Shown piece by piece: positions 26,272-39,226 of a stretch of 64,000 bases of DNA. Origin of the DNA: Trichinella spiralis (Eukaryota); contig NW_003526941.1 in NCBI RefSeq assembly GCF_000181795.1, positions 4,684,425 through 4,748,424 of the forward strand, read 5' to 3'. The notes below the pieces were generated by a model. The model saw nothing but the letters and a program-made list of their open reading frames with translations, had not been told where the DNA came from and did no database searches. Within the stretch, counting starts at the first letter, position 1. Each line of letters begins with the position of its first letter. The position numbers and the translations under genes were made by a program.

Positions 26272-29200
26272 TCAACGTCGACGCCGTCGTCGTTGACGAA
26301 CTTTTTGAAATTTCTTGTACGCTTTTCGTTTACGGTCGTGCTTTTTCTTCTCATCTTCTTCATCGTCATTTTCCAAGATTTCACCGAACTGAAAATAATC
26401 CCAAAATCACCAACGGCATCACTTGCATATACAACGTTGCAGGTGATTTCAAATTGTACCTCTTCCGCAGCAGTTGTTGCATCATCATCATCCAGTACGC
26501 CGCCGTCAGTACTATCATCATTGTCACCTGTAAGGGCTGCAGTATTAAGCTTTGATCGACCCGCTTCAAAATCGGATTCATCTCCAGAAGAATCTGATGG
26601 ATTATCAGAATCATCAGAATCTTCAGAGCGTTTCGACCGCCGTCGTCGTCGTCGTCGTCGTTTGTTTCCAATTTCACTGGAACATCATTATACCGTAGAA
26701 CAAATTTTGAAACAGTAATTCTATCTAAATCAAACAACTTGCCTAGAAAAGTCGACCAAAAATTCTTCATTTTTCGAGCCCGGTTTCATTTTATCTGAAA
26801 ATTAAAAATTATTTCTAAAAATATTTGTTTTTTGAAATCTAATTTTCTAATTTTTTACCCAACAAAATTTCAAACTCCTCGCTATTCACGCTCTCAATGT
26901 CGGATTCTTCGGACAACTGTTCTTCAGCTCTTTTCACATTTGCATTAGTCATAAAGCTTAAAATAACATAATAATAACAATGAAAAATATTATCCCTGGA
27001 TATTAATTAATTTCAAATCTTACCTGTGCAAATATTTCTCATCTGGTGGAACATGGCTCTTGTGATGCAATGCATATGCAGATGATGTAACAGGTAATGA
27101 TCTCAAACTCCAAGGATCATAAATTTTTCGCTTATAACCACGTTTCTCAGTGTTCTTTTCTAAAACCAAACGAACCAAATCAGCCTATTCGAATGAACAA
27201 TAAAACAAATAACGAAATAACAAAGAAAAAACCTTCGACATTTTCAGAAATAGATTTCTTTGGATTTTTGAATACAAATCTGTCGAGAAAATGCATCAAG
27301 CTAAAATCATCCAACGGATTGCCGGAATAATTTATATGATTACCCTGAAGAAAAAAACATAAAAACCAAACAGAACCCGACGTCCGCTTGATTAAGAATT
27401 ATTAAAAAAATAAACATAAAAACATCATTCAATATACTTTCAATAGGTTTTCCGCAAATACAGCTACAGTTGGATGATAGTGATTCCTGAGCAACAGCAA
27501 CTCAACTAACGATTCTCTGTCCGCATTTGCATGCAAAGGTTCACGACCAGCAATGTTATATTCACGAGAACCATAAACATTACCTATATAATCCAAAAAT
27601 AATAGAAATATTTAAAAATTTAATTGGAAAATATGAATAAGTTACCATATATGTTATTCGCGTTTTGCTTATTATCATTAGTGTTGTTGGATTCGGTCGG
27701 CGTTTGCTTTTTTTTTCCATTTCCAATTTCTTTTTCTTCTTCATCATCTACTTTTTCTTGTTCTTCATGATCATCTTCAACCCACTGATCAGTCTTAAAC
27801 GTATTGAAAAGTTATAAATCAATACAGCTTCTACATACACATATGCAAATATTACTATTGCAATAAAACGCTTCAATCGTCCATGCAATGCTTGCGATAT
27901 TACTAGCAACGCTGCACAGATAAATGGAGCCGGTGCCATAAGACAAACTTGCAACAGTCTCTTGACAAATGCCCGTATTCGTTGATCACTAAAATCTTGA
28001 CTCATCGACTTGAACAAAAGATGAAAAAACATAGCGTGACATCGTGAAGACGACAGCAATTCTGGAACAAGCATTGTACGATACAATGATCGATAAAAGC
28101 GATCTGAAATTTCAGCTCTAAAAGTATATCATCAAATTAACTGTTACACATCATAACTGATGGACAAGTGATATATAAAAAGACATACTTAACATCCAAC
28201 ACTTGAAAAAGCAAAGCCAAAGCTTGAAGATTTATGTACAGCGATGACGTTGCTGCAATTTTATACAAAGTGTCTACTTCTTCTGAAATTCGATCAAACT
28301 TTCCTACAACACAACAATTAAAATTATTAAAAAATATAAATTCAAATTTTGCACAAAGTTTTCTATGACCATTTTCAAACTATCTATCTATAACTGTACA
28401 AAGCGTAGGATGTGCATTTTGAAAAAAGCTAAATTTTTACAACAAATTCTGATTAAAATATTTCTTAAAAAAATAATCATACCTTTCGAGTAGGAAAATG
28501 CCACGTTTGTACCGAGCAAAAGATGCCGGAGAAGACGCTGATTTTCCACGTCGCTTTGAATAACAATTTTAAACAGATCAAAGTAAACGTTCAAAATTTT
28601 GCAAGCCAAATCTTCGTCATTATTTCTGTTCAAAGGAACTTTCAACAGTGCACATATAGCGTAAAATTGTGCACAAGGAGTGATATTTTTTCTAGAATAG
28701 AAAAATAAAATTGTTGTTGCTTTCAAATAAATATGGATTATTAATGAGTAAAAAAATGTTTTCACCTGTAAATGAGTTTCTCCAACTCGTCCACGACAAC
28801 AACTTTCATATTTGGATGTGCAACAAACAAGCGACCGATCAACTTGACAACTTGAGTAGCCACTTTGACGCTCTGATCGCCCAATTTGTTCACCAAAGAT
28901 GAAAGTATAAACTGTTCTTGTTCAGCTTTGGCAATCAATAAATCGACAAGCAATATGCAACCCTTCAACCGAACTGCCTCTACTGTATCGTGGCACAATT
29001 GCTGAAAAGAAAATAGACTTTTTCTTTAGAAAAAAAATATTCATACAATTAATATTCATTTTTTAATTTATAATAATAAAATATTCCAAAAAATGCAAAC
29101 ATACCTCAACTGCGTGCAAAAATTGTTGATATTTCATTTTCAGTTCAGATTCAAATTGCCAAAGCAACAGCTTACGGTCAACGGCAGCTTTGCTTTGTCC

Positions 29201-31832
29201 TTTTGTATTTTCAATTTCAACGTAAGGCCTCTGCAAAAGTAGATTATAAAATTAATCAATTAATTAGAAAATGAATCGTAATGAAGAATGTTACTTTCAT
29301 AATTTTTTTTAATACTCACCGATTTGAACGGGATCAATTTACGATCTGGTAAAAGTTCCTCAATAAACAAATCTTTGGCTACGTCTTAAGAAAAAAAAAC
29401 AATATTAAAAATTATTAATTAATTTTTAACAAACTCTTACATACCTGCAGCTATTAAAGCTTCGTGACGGTTCTTTTTGGTCACTTTATTCAACAGCGTG
29501 TCGAGATGTTTCAAATTGTGCAACGGCGACTGTTGGACAAGCATACCCAAAGCGGCTACTCTGTCCGACAACGTACCGCCAGAGGCGACCGAATTCATCC
29601 ATCTCAACTGATTTGAATTATTTTTTTTGTTCATCGTTTCTGCAATAGAATTTGAACAATTTAATACAAAAACAAACAGTTGCAATTTGAACATGAAAAT
29701 TGAAGAATTTAGTAATTGAAAAAAAGTAAATAATGTTCACATTTGATAAATTTACATTTCACGTGCTCGTTGATAAATTGTTGCACAACTTTTTCAGTCG
29801 ATCAATTAAGCGTTCGAAAAAAAAAGCTAAATAAATAAATTTACAACAACCTTTGCATTTGAAAATTTTCCCAACTCGTCGTGGTATTTTTAATCGAATA
29901 AACCCACTTTACATCTTTTTTTTTCAAAAAAAGTGGAAAAAATGTCCGAGCAAAATAATAAAATATCCAGCTAGTTCATAGGTGTCGTTCAGAAAATACA
30001 ATTAATTTTCTTCATTTTTCATTCAATCTGTGCTCAGAAAGTAAATCAAGTTGAAAAAAGAAACAACATTAAATAAATAAATAAATAAAACAAATAAAAT
30101 AACCATTAAATCAAATGTGCAATGGAAATAAACTTTTTTTGTTGAACTTTTGAACTTGAAAACCCTTTACAATTATCGTCCTACGGTAAAAAATGATCAT
30201 TGAGAAAAGGTAAAAGCAATTGAGAAAAAAAATAAAACCAAGCCACAATCAGGTCTCGTATTTGGAATTTAATTTTCAATCGATTAAATTTCGTAATTAT
30301 TTTTCCACTTTTTTTTCCTATCGTTCCTCGATGAAGCAATCGTGTACAAAATCGAATGGCACGTTAACAATATCATTCAGTGTCAAGCAAATTCAAGCGC
30401 TAGGGAACGTTGTTTATTCGAATGGATGATGCTTTTGCACTGGTCGCTTGTCGATTTCATAATCTAGTCAACAACAACAGTTGCAGTGGTAGCAGCAATT
30501 TGTTAGCCGACTGACGACAGTTTGCAAATTCTGCTCGACAATTACAACAATATTATATTGCACAAATTGACTGACTGTTTGTTGCATTGAAAAGTGGAAA
30601 TTTTTAGAAAATTTCAATCTTATTCTTGTGTTTAGAAAAGCGAATTTACGTCGACCACTTGCCCCGCCCCCTGAACACACAGACAGTAGCAAACGACAAA
30701 CAATCAGTTGATTTAAATAGTTCGGACAAAAGAAATTCGGTCAGCAAGCAGAAAGAGAGATGGAACAAAAACCGTCGGGTGGAGAAATGAAAATGGAAAA
30801 ATATTGTCAACTTGAAATTCAATAATGACGACAATATTAACTTGTTGTCAATTTGTATAAAACAGAACAACGAACACAACAACTGCTTGTTGTAATTGTC
30901 ATAATTAGCCCCACAAACGAACAAATTTACCTGCTTCAATTCGATGCAGTTGAATTGGAAAGTAACTGAGAATGCAGAAATATTTTACACCTTTTGAAAA
31001 ACCAGTCAAAAACGACAATTTTCCATCCACGTGCATCAATCATGAATAAAAATTATTCTGTCAACTATTTTTGAAAAGCGCCAGAAAAGTAATTATTCAA
31101 TTTGAATCGCCAAGAAGAAAAAGCAAAAAAGAACAAACTAACTAATGTGAAAAGAGAAAATGATGATGATGGTGATGGTGAAGTGGAAAAATAAAATTCA
31201 AATCAAAGTACCTTTTTCATAATTGACAGCTTGATTTTGAAACAACTGCTTCGCGTAGGCTTCCATCTTCATCAACGAGTGTTCACTCAACGGTTGCGAA
31301 CCGACCACATCAGTAAACTATTTATTTGAACAGGCCACAATAAATACACACAATCATATTCATAATTTTTTTTTCTTACCTTCGCATCAAACCATCTTTG
31401 CACCGAAGATTCAGAAGCAGGATGCTCATTCAAATCTTCTGTTTTAATTTTCGTTGGAAGCAGCTTATCAGCACGTTGCTGTTGTTGCTGCTGCTTGTTC
31501 TTGCTTCCAGATGAATTATTGTTCCAAGCAGAATCACCAGCTAAAGAGAAGATGAATTCAAAAATCAAATCACTGCAGTATAGCTTGCAAAACAAAAAAT
31601 CAACTTGCCATTCTTGTTAAAAATACGCTTCGTTTCCCGTCTTACTGGGGTAGAAATGCGAGACGAATTTTTATTTTTGCCATCTTTATTGAGGCCAATT
31701 TTATTCATAAATCCCAAAATCTGAAAAATTCAAAAATTTTTTACAAAAAATTTGAGAAAACAAAAAAAAAAGTAAAGAAAGCAAAACCTCTTCTTTCAAA
31801 GCATGTTCATCCTGCTTCAATTCGCTTTTCAT
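26272..31832 (-). CDS. CEBPZ: CCAAT/enhancer-binding protein zeta (Noc1/Mak21), multi-exon
   Basis: [97 protein letters not shown]-terminal AAEE|FGEILE..RRRRRR*. Confidence 0.92.
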
Positions 31833-32097
31833 GACAAACTGAAACAAACTACTGAGAAAAGGTGAAGCAAAAACACAAAAGAAAAGGCAAAATTTTATGC
31901 AGATAAACTGGATATCGATATTTTTCGATAAAAATATGAATTACAGCACAAAAAATCGAGTTTTAATTTATTTAATAAAAAAATACAATTGCAACGATCG
32001 ATGATGAATTATGATACATAAATATTATAAGCAGTAAATAAATGCATATTCTTCCAATGAAAAATAGCAACTACTACTACTACTATGCAACTGTGCT

Positions 32098-35000
32098 TCA
32101 TTCTGTCCATCGATATGCACAACCTGGAGCTGTACACACGTAATATAATCGCATATTGTCCTGCAATAGAAGGAAAAAATCATTTTTATTAATATTCATT
32201 AAATAAAACTGCAAAAACAAAAACAAAAGCAACAATATTGTCAATTTTCACTGAAAATTAAAAAATATTTGAAATCGTTGTTTGCGTAAATTTTATACAT
32301 TTATATAAAAAATCCTTTTTGAATCAACATTGAAATATGAAAAATGTGTATCTATATCCCTCTTTTTTTGTCTTTCCGGAGAAGAAAATATTAATTGAAA
32401 TGGAATTACATTTTACTATTGAAACAATGTTCGACAGTTAGCAAGAGTGAAAAAAGTAGAAATAAAATATGAAAATAAATTTAAAAAAATTTTTTTCTGT
32501 TCCTCGCTAATTGCTAACTGTTAGTTGACAATAAAAATAAGCATGAGGAAGTGACGTTGCGCAGATGAAGAAACAAATTGCAGCTGTGCATATTTGAACA
32601 ACAGAACTGAAAATACAGGAATAGAATTGCTTGTGTCCCCGCCCATTGAATAACAACAAGAAAGAAGTATATTTTTCATTTTTCATTCCACCGAGATACT
32701 GAAAACAGATTTCACAAAAGAGTGCGTGAAAATACCACAGCTAGAAAATGCTTTCAGCGATGCAACCTGTTTTCTAAAACAAATACTGCTTGAATATAAT
32801 GTTGAACAAAGTTTCTTTGCAAAAAAGAGGAAGTTGATTTTTCAAAATTTTCTAATATTTCATTTTGCTAAATAATTGCTCCAGAAAGCAAAGCAAAGCA
32901 AAACATAAAGTTACATCCTCCTTATTATTTATTCATAATTACATCATCGCTGCTTTTGCGCAACCAGCAAGCAAGCTATACACCACACCACTATTTACTG
33001 ATGCAGGAAAAATTGATCAACAGCGCACTTTTGCTGCTTCCCCCCCCCCTTCTCGCAACTGCTGAACATGTCAACATGTTGTTAGTGAAAATTCAAAATC
33101 AACAACATACAACCAAAATTGATTTCTACAACAGAACATTATTATATACATTGCAGTAGAGCATATCTGAACAGAACATTTTAAAATAAATACTACATGC
33201 TTTAAATATGCAGACACACACACACACACAAACATACAAACAGAATCAGTTTTAACTTTCACTAAGCTTTTCCTTCGTCAATTAAATAATCAATCTCAGC
33301 TTTCCTTCCGTCCTTCCTTCACTGATGCACAAAATTTTGTGCTTGATTAATTTTGCTTCATTATTTCGAATTCGGTTTTTTTCGAATCGACTTTGTTTAA
33401 AACAACTAAAAAACACAACCCAACTTTTATAAAAGAAAAAAACCAGCAACAAACTTTTAAATATCATAAAAATAATTTGCAAAGTTCGCTTATTAAAAAT
33501 TCCAAACAAGAGACACAGTCGAAAAAGAAAATATGGCTAGACATGTAGCAATTGAAAAATAAATAAATATTCGAAGAAAATTACACGAAAATACAAAGTC
33601 TCATGACATTGGTCTTTTGAGAAGCAAAGTCGATATTAACACCGCCGAAATTACAACCACGTAAGCTGCATATTTCCAATAATTAATAGTACCAGTCGTC
33701 GCATCTTGGGCAGTTATTACATCACCGTATTTGACGAGCAGGTCCAAAATGACTCCGTTTGTCCAGCCGAAGCCAGTCTGAACTTCGTACTCGCCTCCGC
33801 TGCCGAACGGCATCTCACCGGCAGTTGACGAAACGTTGTACTTTTCGAACATGGAGTTGGTTTTCAGAAAAGCATCATAACTGGACCGCAACCACTGTAT
33901 GGCCAACTCTTTGGCCATTTCTATTATTTCGGGATCGCCACTGGTGCGCAGACCTTCCAAAAGCATGTGGACCATGGGCGGCCAAGCGTTGGCACTGTCC
34001 CACTGTTGGTCGGATTGGATGAACGAAGTCGGCACACCCCGGGTAGAATTCAACGCGCCGACCGTTTTCAAATAATTGTAAACTCGACTGGGCACGTCTT
34101 CGTCGTCGTAACACTTCGCATACAATGGAAGCACGTTCGATATGTAATAAACGTCGACGTGCTTTTTCGTTTCCAAATCGTAATCATACCATATGCCGTC
34201 TTGTTCATTCCAATGAATATGCTTCATTGCCGCTTTCGCTTGCTCGAATCGAGCTTGATAAAGAAGAACTTTGGTCACGTTGCCGGCCATTTCGTACAAA
34301 TTGGCCAACAGTTTCGTGTTCATGCACATGAACGCATTCAAATCAACCGGAATTATAGACCAAGTGCGGATGGAACGCAACGTGAACGCCTCGGGTCCAG
34401 TATGCGAGAACCACCGTGAACTGAAATCCCAGCCCGTCTCGGCACCGGATACAATTTGAGCCCAGACAAATTCGCGAGCATGGTCATCGGTCAAATTTTG
34501 CACCAATTCCAGATCTTCTCGATAAGACTCCGGTCTGGGCATTTTCATTTCCGCCTTGTATTGGAACAATTTCATATAATTATTACTGTCGTCACCGAAA
34601 GTCATACCACGATGAAGCAACCAAAAACTGTACTCTTGTTCCAGTAGGGGCAACATTTCTTGCAAAAAATCAATATCACCAGTGGCCAAGTAGTAATCGT
34701 AAACCATGGGAATGAGCAACGGTGGTTGGGATCGAAATAAATAATACACCCGACCGCCGTTCGGCACGAAACCGTGATTCTCAACCATGTAGCCCAGATT
34801 GCGTATCATGCCTTTCAATGTTGTAAACATTTCCGAAGCGATCAGACCTTTGGCGATCCAGAACGTGTCCCAATAGTAGAACTCGCGGAAACGACCGCCG
34901 GGAATGATGAACGGATTGGGAACATAAAGCAGTGAGTACAGCTCTTGATGTTCGAACACTTTGCTCTTCACTCGTCGGCAGAGTTCTTTCCAGATTCGAT

Positions 35001-36466
35001 TCAACGCCACTGCCCAGCGTCGAAATTCATAATCGTTGATCACATTAAACGATTTGGGACTTGGTTTCCAATCTTCAGGAAAGCAAGTTTCCAATTCCGT
35101 ACCAGGAGGATCGAAGTGTTCGTCAACAAAAGCACGCAGCACTGCTTTATCTTTCACCCTATCACCGAGGCTGATGAAATTTTGCAAAGTTGTTATTGGA
35201 TCCTTTTTCAATGCCATGTCGACAAAATACTTCGAATCAGGAAATAAATGCGCCGTCTGAACAGCGTCCAAAATCGGACCTTGGCAGTAGATTTGACTCA
35301 ACAACGACACCACATAGTACATCATCTTGTCCAAGCTTACTTTATTATTAGGCTTAGTATTTTTTTCAAAGCCGAACGCTCCGCTCACCCAGCGACAGCA
35401 GTGAACAGCAGCGACAACTAGTCAGTCAGCAAGAATACATAGTACGTGTGTCAGTTGACAAGCAGACAGTATTTTTTTTCTGGCTGCGCTCTACTTTAAG
35501 CGTTCCCGAAAAGCTGGTGCGACATAACGCGTTGGCAATTGTCACACATTCGATCTTGCCGCGCAGTCACGCACCGTGACCAAACAATTGACAAATTAAG
35601 TTACGTACGACTTTACAGTAAGTTAACAACAACAACTAATAAGATAATCAAGTACATACTGATGCTATTTTCCACTTCCAACACATGTCAACTTTAAAAA
35701 TTCAAAAATTCTGGTCCCCTTTCATTTCATCAATAATAAAATTTTCTTCCGGCTGCACCCAACAATCTCATCACAAGTTTTTGCTAACAATAAAATAAAA
35801 CAGAATTCTCATGCAACAATTCGGCAATAGAATTAAGTTGCATTTTTTTCATTTTAGACAGAACAAACAAATTTTCCTCACATTAATGGGATGAAAACGC
35901 GTTTCATTAAAAAATATAAAAGCTAAATTATCAGCAAACATAACATTACCTCTGCTTTCGTGTTCTGTGATTGAAAAAAAACAGCCTCCGAATTATTACA
36001 TAGCGGACATGAATGATCATCTGTTTTTGGCAATGTTGGGTCATAAATGACATCGACATTCACCTGCGCCAATTCACTTAAAAAGTAAGAAAAATAATTA
36101 ATATTCGTTTAATTATATAAAAATCTCCACATACTCTATTTCACGTCTCAGCTTATTCGTATATACGCAGACGGATACAATATCATCTGTCACATAAGAA
36201 CAATTACGACATGCATACAACAGACATCGCCTGGATTTATCTTCTTTTGGATAAAGAATGTTATTACTAAAAGTGGACTAGATTTTACTTTAAACTTTCA
36301 AGCAATCAGTCTTACCATTCCGGACAAAATATGATGCCGGGATGTTTCAGAGTATCAACATGCGCCTTCTGTTCCACCTGTATGAAAATGCATTTTAGAT
36401 AATTTACTTTTCGTACACCGTGCTATACTCAACAATTTTATTTGGCACTTCTTCAGCTTCTTGCAT
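32098..36466 (-). CDS. POLR2I: RNA polymerase II subunit RPB9 (5 exons; last intron 32161-35949)
   Basis: Spliced exons give [31 protein letters not shown]..|[62 protein letters not shown]. Both zinc ribbons are complete only with the 63-nt exon at 32160-32098. Not in the ORF track. Confidence 0.93.
33601..35325 (-). CDS. TREH: Trehalase (GH37), intronless catalytic region, C-terminal hydrophobic anchor; nested in RPB9 intron
   Basis: [74 protein letters not shown]. First in-frame ATG is 35325; the frame is open to ~35420, so the true N-terminus is uncertain. Confidence 0.95.
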   Translation of the reverse strand: MMYYVVSLLSQIYCQGPILDAVQTAHLFPDSKYFVDMALKKDPITTLQNFISLGDRVKDKAVLRAFVDEHFDPPGTELETCFPEDWKPSPKSFNVINDYEFRRWAVALNRIWKELCRRVKSKVFEHQELYSLLYVPNPFIIPGGRFREFYYWDTFWIAKGLIASEMFTTLKGMIRNLGYMVENHGFVPNGGRVYYLFRSQPPLLIPMVYDYYLATGDIDFLQEMLPLLEQEYSFWLLHRGMTFGDDSNNYMKLFQYKAEMKMPRPESYREDLELVQNLTDDHAREFVWAQIVSGAETGWDFSSRWFSHTGPEAFTLRSIRTWSIIPVDLNAFMCMNTKLLANLYEMAGNVTKVLLYQARFEQAKAAMKHIHWNEQDGIWYDYDLETKKHVDVYYISNVLPLYAKCYDDEDVPSRVYNYLKTVGALNSTRGVPTSFIQSDQQWDSANAWPPMVHMLLEGLRTSGDPEIIEMAKELAIQWLRSSYDAFLKTNSMFEKYNVSSTAGEMPFGSGGEYEVQTGFGWTNGVILDLLVKYGDVITAQDATTGTINYWKYAAYVVVISAVLISTLLLKRPMS

Positions 36467-36869
36467 AATGATCGGGCGTTGAAGTAATAAAGCAAATCAC
36501 TAAAATAAGTTACATCATTCATTAACTTGTAACATAACTAAAAATTATATTTAAAGTAATATGGTTAAAAGACCGCTAAAGCTTTTTTTCGAAATGTTCT
36601 AAATAAATTGGCACACAGCATAAATAATACAAAGGCTTAAATATTAAATATTGGAAGAATGGCAGCGTGTAATTAATATTCAGCTAAAGTAGCATGATCA
36701 AAAACGATCATATTATAACGAAAAATTTGCTGACCATTGGATATTGCGTGCAATTTATAAAATGCAATTCAGAAATTAAAATAAACCTTAAGTTTGTTGA
36801 GCTGTTGGACGGAATAGAGCCGCACTGACGTCGAATAATTACACTGTGATTTGATATTTGTACGGTAAT

Positions 36870-38576
36870 TTTGAAAAGATAATGAAGATTCTATAATGAA
36901 CTTATTAATGTATGTTCAACAATCAAGAGTGAGTAAACAATAAATTTTTAATTTAACATATGACCATAAATTTGAATAAATAAATAAATAAGAAAAGTAT
37001 AATTTTCGTGTATTTTATTGCTTTATTGTGAACTACTGTTCGCAGTACAAAAGTTTAAAAGATCGCAGGTTCGTTTGAATTGGTATACTGTTGCCGTGCT
37101 CATGCACCGTCCCAGCGCAGGTTAAATAATGTGAAAAAAATCATCAATCGATGTGTACAATCAGTTAGACTTACAAGTTGTTTGAACAAAAATTGATTTA
37201 AATATTTGTTTTATTTCAATATGAAATTGTATCATGATTTTTTAAACTACATGTACCAAGGTAGTAAAAGTTATCTTAAAAAAAGAATAAATGAAATAAA
37301 TTGATACAAAGAAATGAAATGTAAAATGATGAATGAATAAATCAAAGAACGCCTTTGTAAACTGAGTAGAAGACAAAAATGAAAAAGAAATATTCTTTCA
37401 ATGTCATGAAATTTTTCAAAGCTTCACGCACATTTTGCAAGGGAATCTTTTTCTGAGATTTCGCAGCAGCTTTCACAAGCAAAGATGGGAGTATCCCGAT
37501 GGCCTCTGCATCTGTTAGTGTCTTTTTATTGACCAAATGTTCGAACATTCGCCTCAAACCATCGATGCCGATGAAAACGTTGGACTCTACAATGCAGAGG
37601 ATTTCTTCCATTTCCTGAACGCTGATTTCACGCTTCTCTTTCACAACCAGATCGATCATCCGCAACGCGCGATCAATATTGTCCTTCGTTACTCTTCGCG
37701 CACCGCTTCTTCGCATGACTTTGAAAAGATAATGAAGATTCTATAATGAACTTATTAATGTATGTTTAACAATCAAGAGTGAGTAAACAATAAATTTTTA
37801 ATTTAACATATAACCATAAATTGGAATAAATAAATAAATAAGAAAAGTGTAGTTTTCGTATATTCTTCTGCCTTACTGTATACAAACGCCCACAGTACAA
37901 AAATTTAAAAGATTGCAGGTTCGTTTAATTGGTATACTGTTGGCGTGCTCATGCACCGTCCCAGCGTAGGCTAAATAATGTAAAAAAAAATCATCAATCG
38001 ACGTGTATAATCAGTTAGACTTGTAAGTTGTTTGAACAAAAATTGATTTAAATAATAGTTTTATTTGAATATGAAATTATATCATGATTTTTGAAATTAC
38101 ATATACCAAGGTGGTAAAAAAATAATCTTAAATTATCTTATAAAAAATTCATACAAAGAAATGAAATTTAAAATGATGAATGAATGAATGAATGAATCAG
38201 TGACCTCCTTGGTCAATGAAGTCAGTAGAAGATAAAAATGAAAAGGAATTATTCTTTCATTTTGGTGAAATTTTTCAACGCTTCACGCACTTCTTGCATG
38301 GGAAGCTTTCCGTCGGCCTTCGAAGCAGCCTTCGCAAGCAAAGGCTGGAGTATGCCGTTGGCTTGGCCTTCTGTTAGTGTCCTGTCATTGACCAAACGTT
38401 CGAACATTTGCTTCAAACCATCGGCGCCGATGAAAACGTTGAACTCGACCAAGCGGAGGACTTCTTCCATTTCATGAATGCTGATCGCACGCTTCTCTTT
38501 CAAAGCCAGCTCGATCAACTGCAACGCGCGATCAATATTGTCCTGCGACACTCCCTGCGCACCGCTTTTTTGCATG
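36870..38576. repeat. ~850-bp tandem duplication (unit 1 ~36870-37719, unit 2 ~37720-38576)
   Basis: ttgaaaagataatgaagattctataatgaacttattaatg at 36871 and 37721; similarity continues through non-coding flank and coding parts. Confidence 0.95.
37342..37716 (-). pseudogene. 5'-truncated paralog of the 38249-39226 gene (open frame, stop lost: TAA>TAT)
   Basis: About 62% aa identity by hand count (67/108) to the C-terminal part of the neighbour; begins at the duplication junction. Confidence 0.65.
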
Positions 38577-39226
38577 GCTTGCAAAACGCTTTTCATACGT
38601 TCCGGGTCCAGGGCCGACGAACGCATGCCCGAAGCGGCGTCTTGTCTAAATGATATATTTATGAATAAAATTAATTCATTTAATATTCGAGTAAGAAGAA
38701 AGAAAAAACAGTACTTGATTTGTGGTTTTTCCATGTTCACTGTACGAAGAGTCATCATGACACTCATGTTCGCATCGTCGGGTACGTTGACGTCACATTT
38801 CGCGTAGACCATAGCGTCGACCAATTCGTCCAACAGTGGACCAGCCGCTGGATGATCCGTTGCCCAAACAACGTCGTGGTCGAATGCCCGTTTCGTTGGA
38901 CCGCATGCCAACTTCGACGCTTTGTCGCCCGTCATGGCCAGGTCTCGGTATTGGCGGTCCTGGCTGTAAACACGAAAGAAACTACCTTGAGGGGTTACTG
39001 GTTTGTCGCCCATTACGGAACGTAACAGCTCCAAGGAGAACAAACAGAATAACCTTTAAATCTTATAAACTTGCACTTATATAATCTGATGGACTTTAAA
39101 GCAATTACATGGCAAACGTTCATTGGTCAACTGACTTGTTTAAATTAAACAACAGAATTTCAAATCAAATGTACAAGAAAATACGTACCTGAACATCAGA
39201 ATACTGTGCTGCGGCATTTTTTCCAT
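38249..39226 (-). CDS. Orphan, probably secreted protein (3 coding exons; second intron 38646-38714 is in frame)
   Basis: MEKMPQHSILMFR|LFCLFSLELLRSVMG-DK looks like a signal peptide. GC-rich coding-like sequence. A 69-nt AT-rich GT-AG intron explains the YCFFFLL..ISFR stretch of the ORF. Confidence 0.72.

Noticed and set aside
26110..26718. 202-aa + strand Ser-rich ORF
   Set aside because: Antisense to the acidic CEBPZ 3' exons.
37060..37120. GATCGCAGGTTCG resembling a tRNA T-arm/B-box (also at ~37911)
   Set aside because: No cloverleaf or A-box; recurrence is explained by the duplication.
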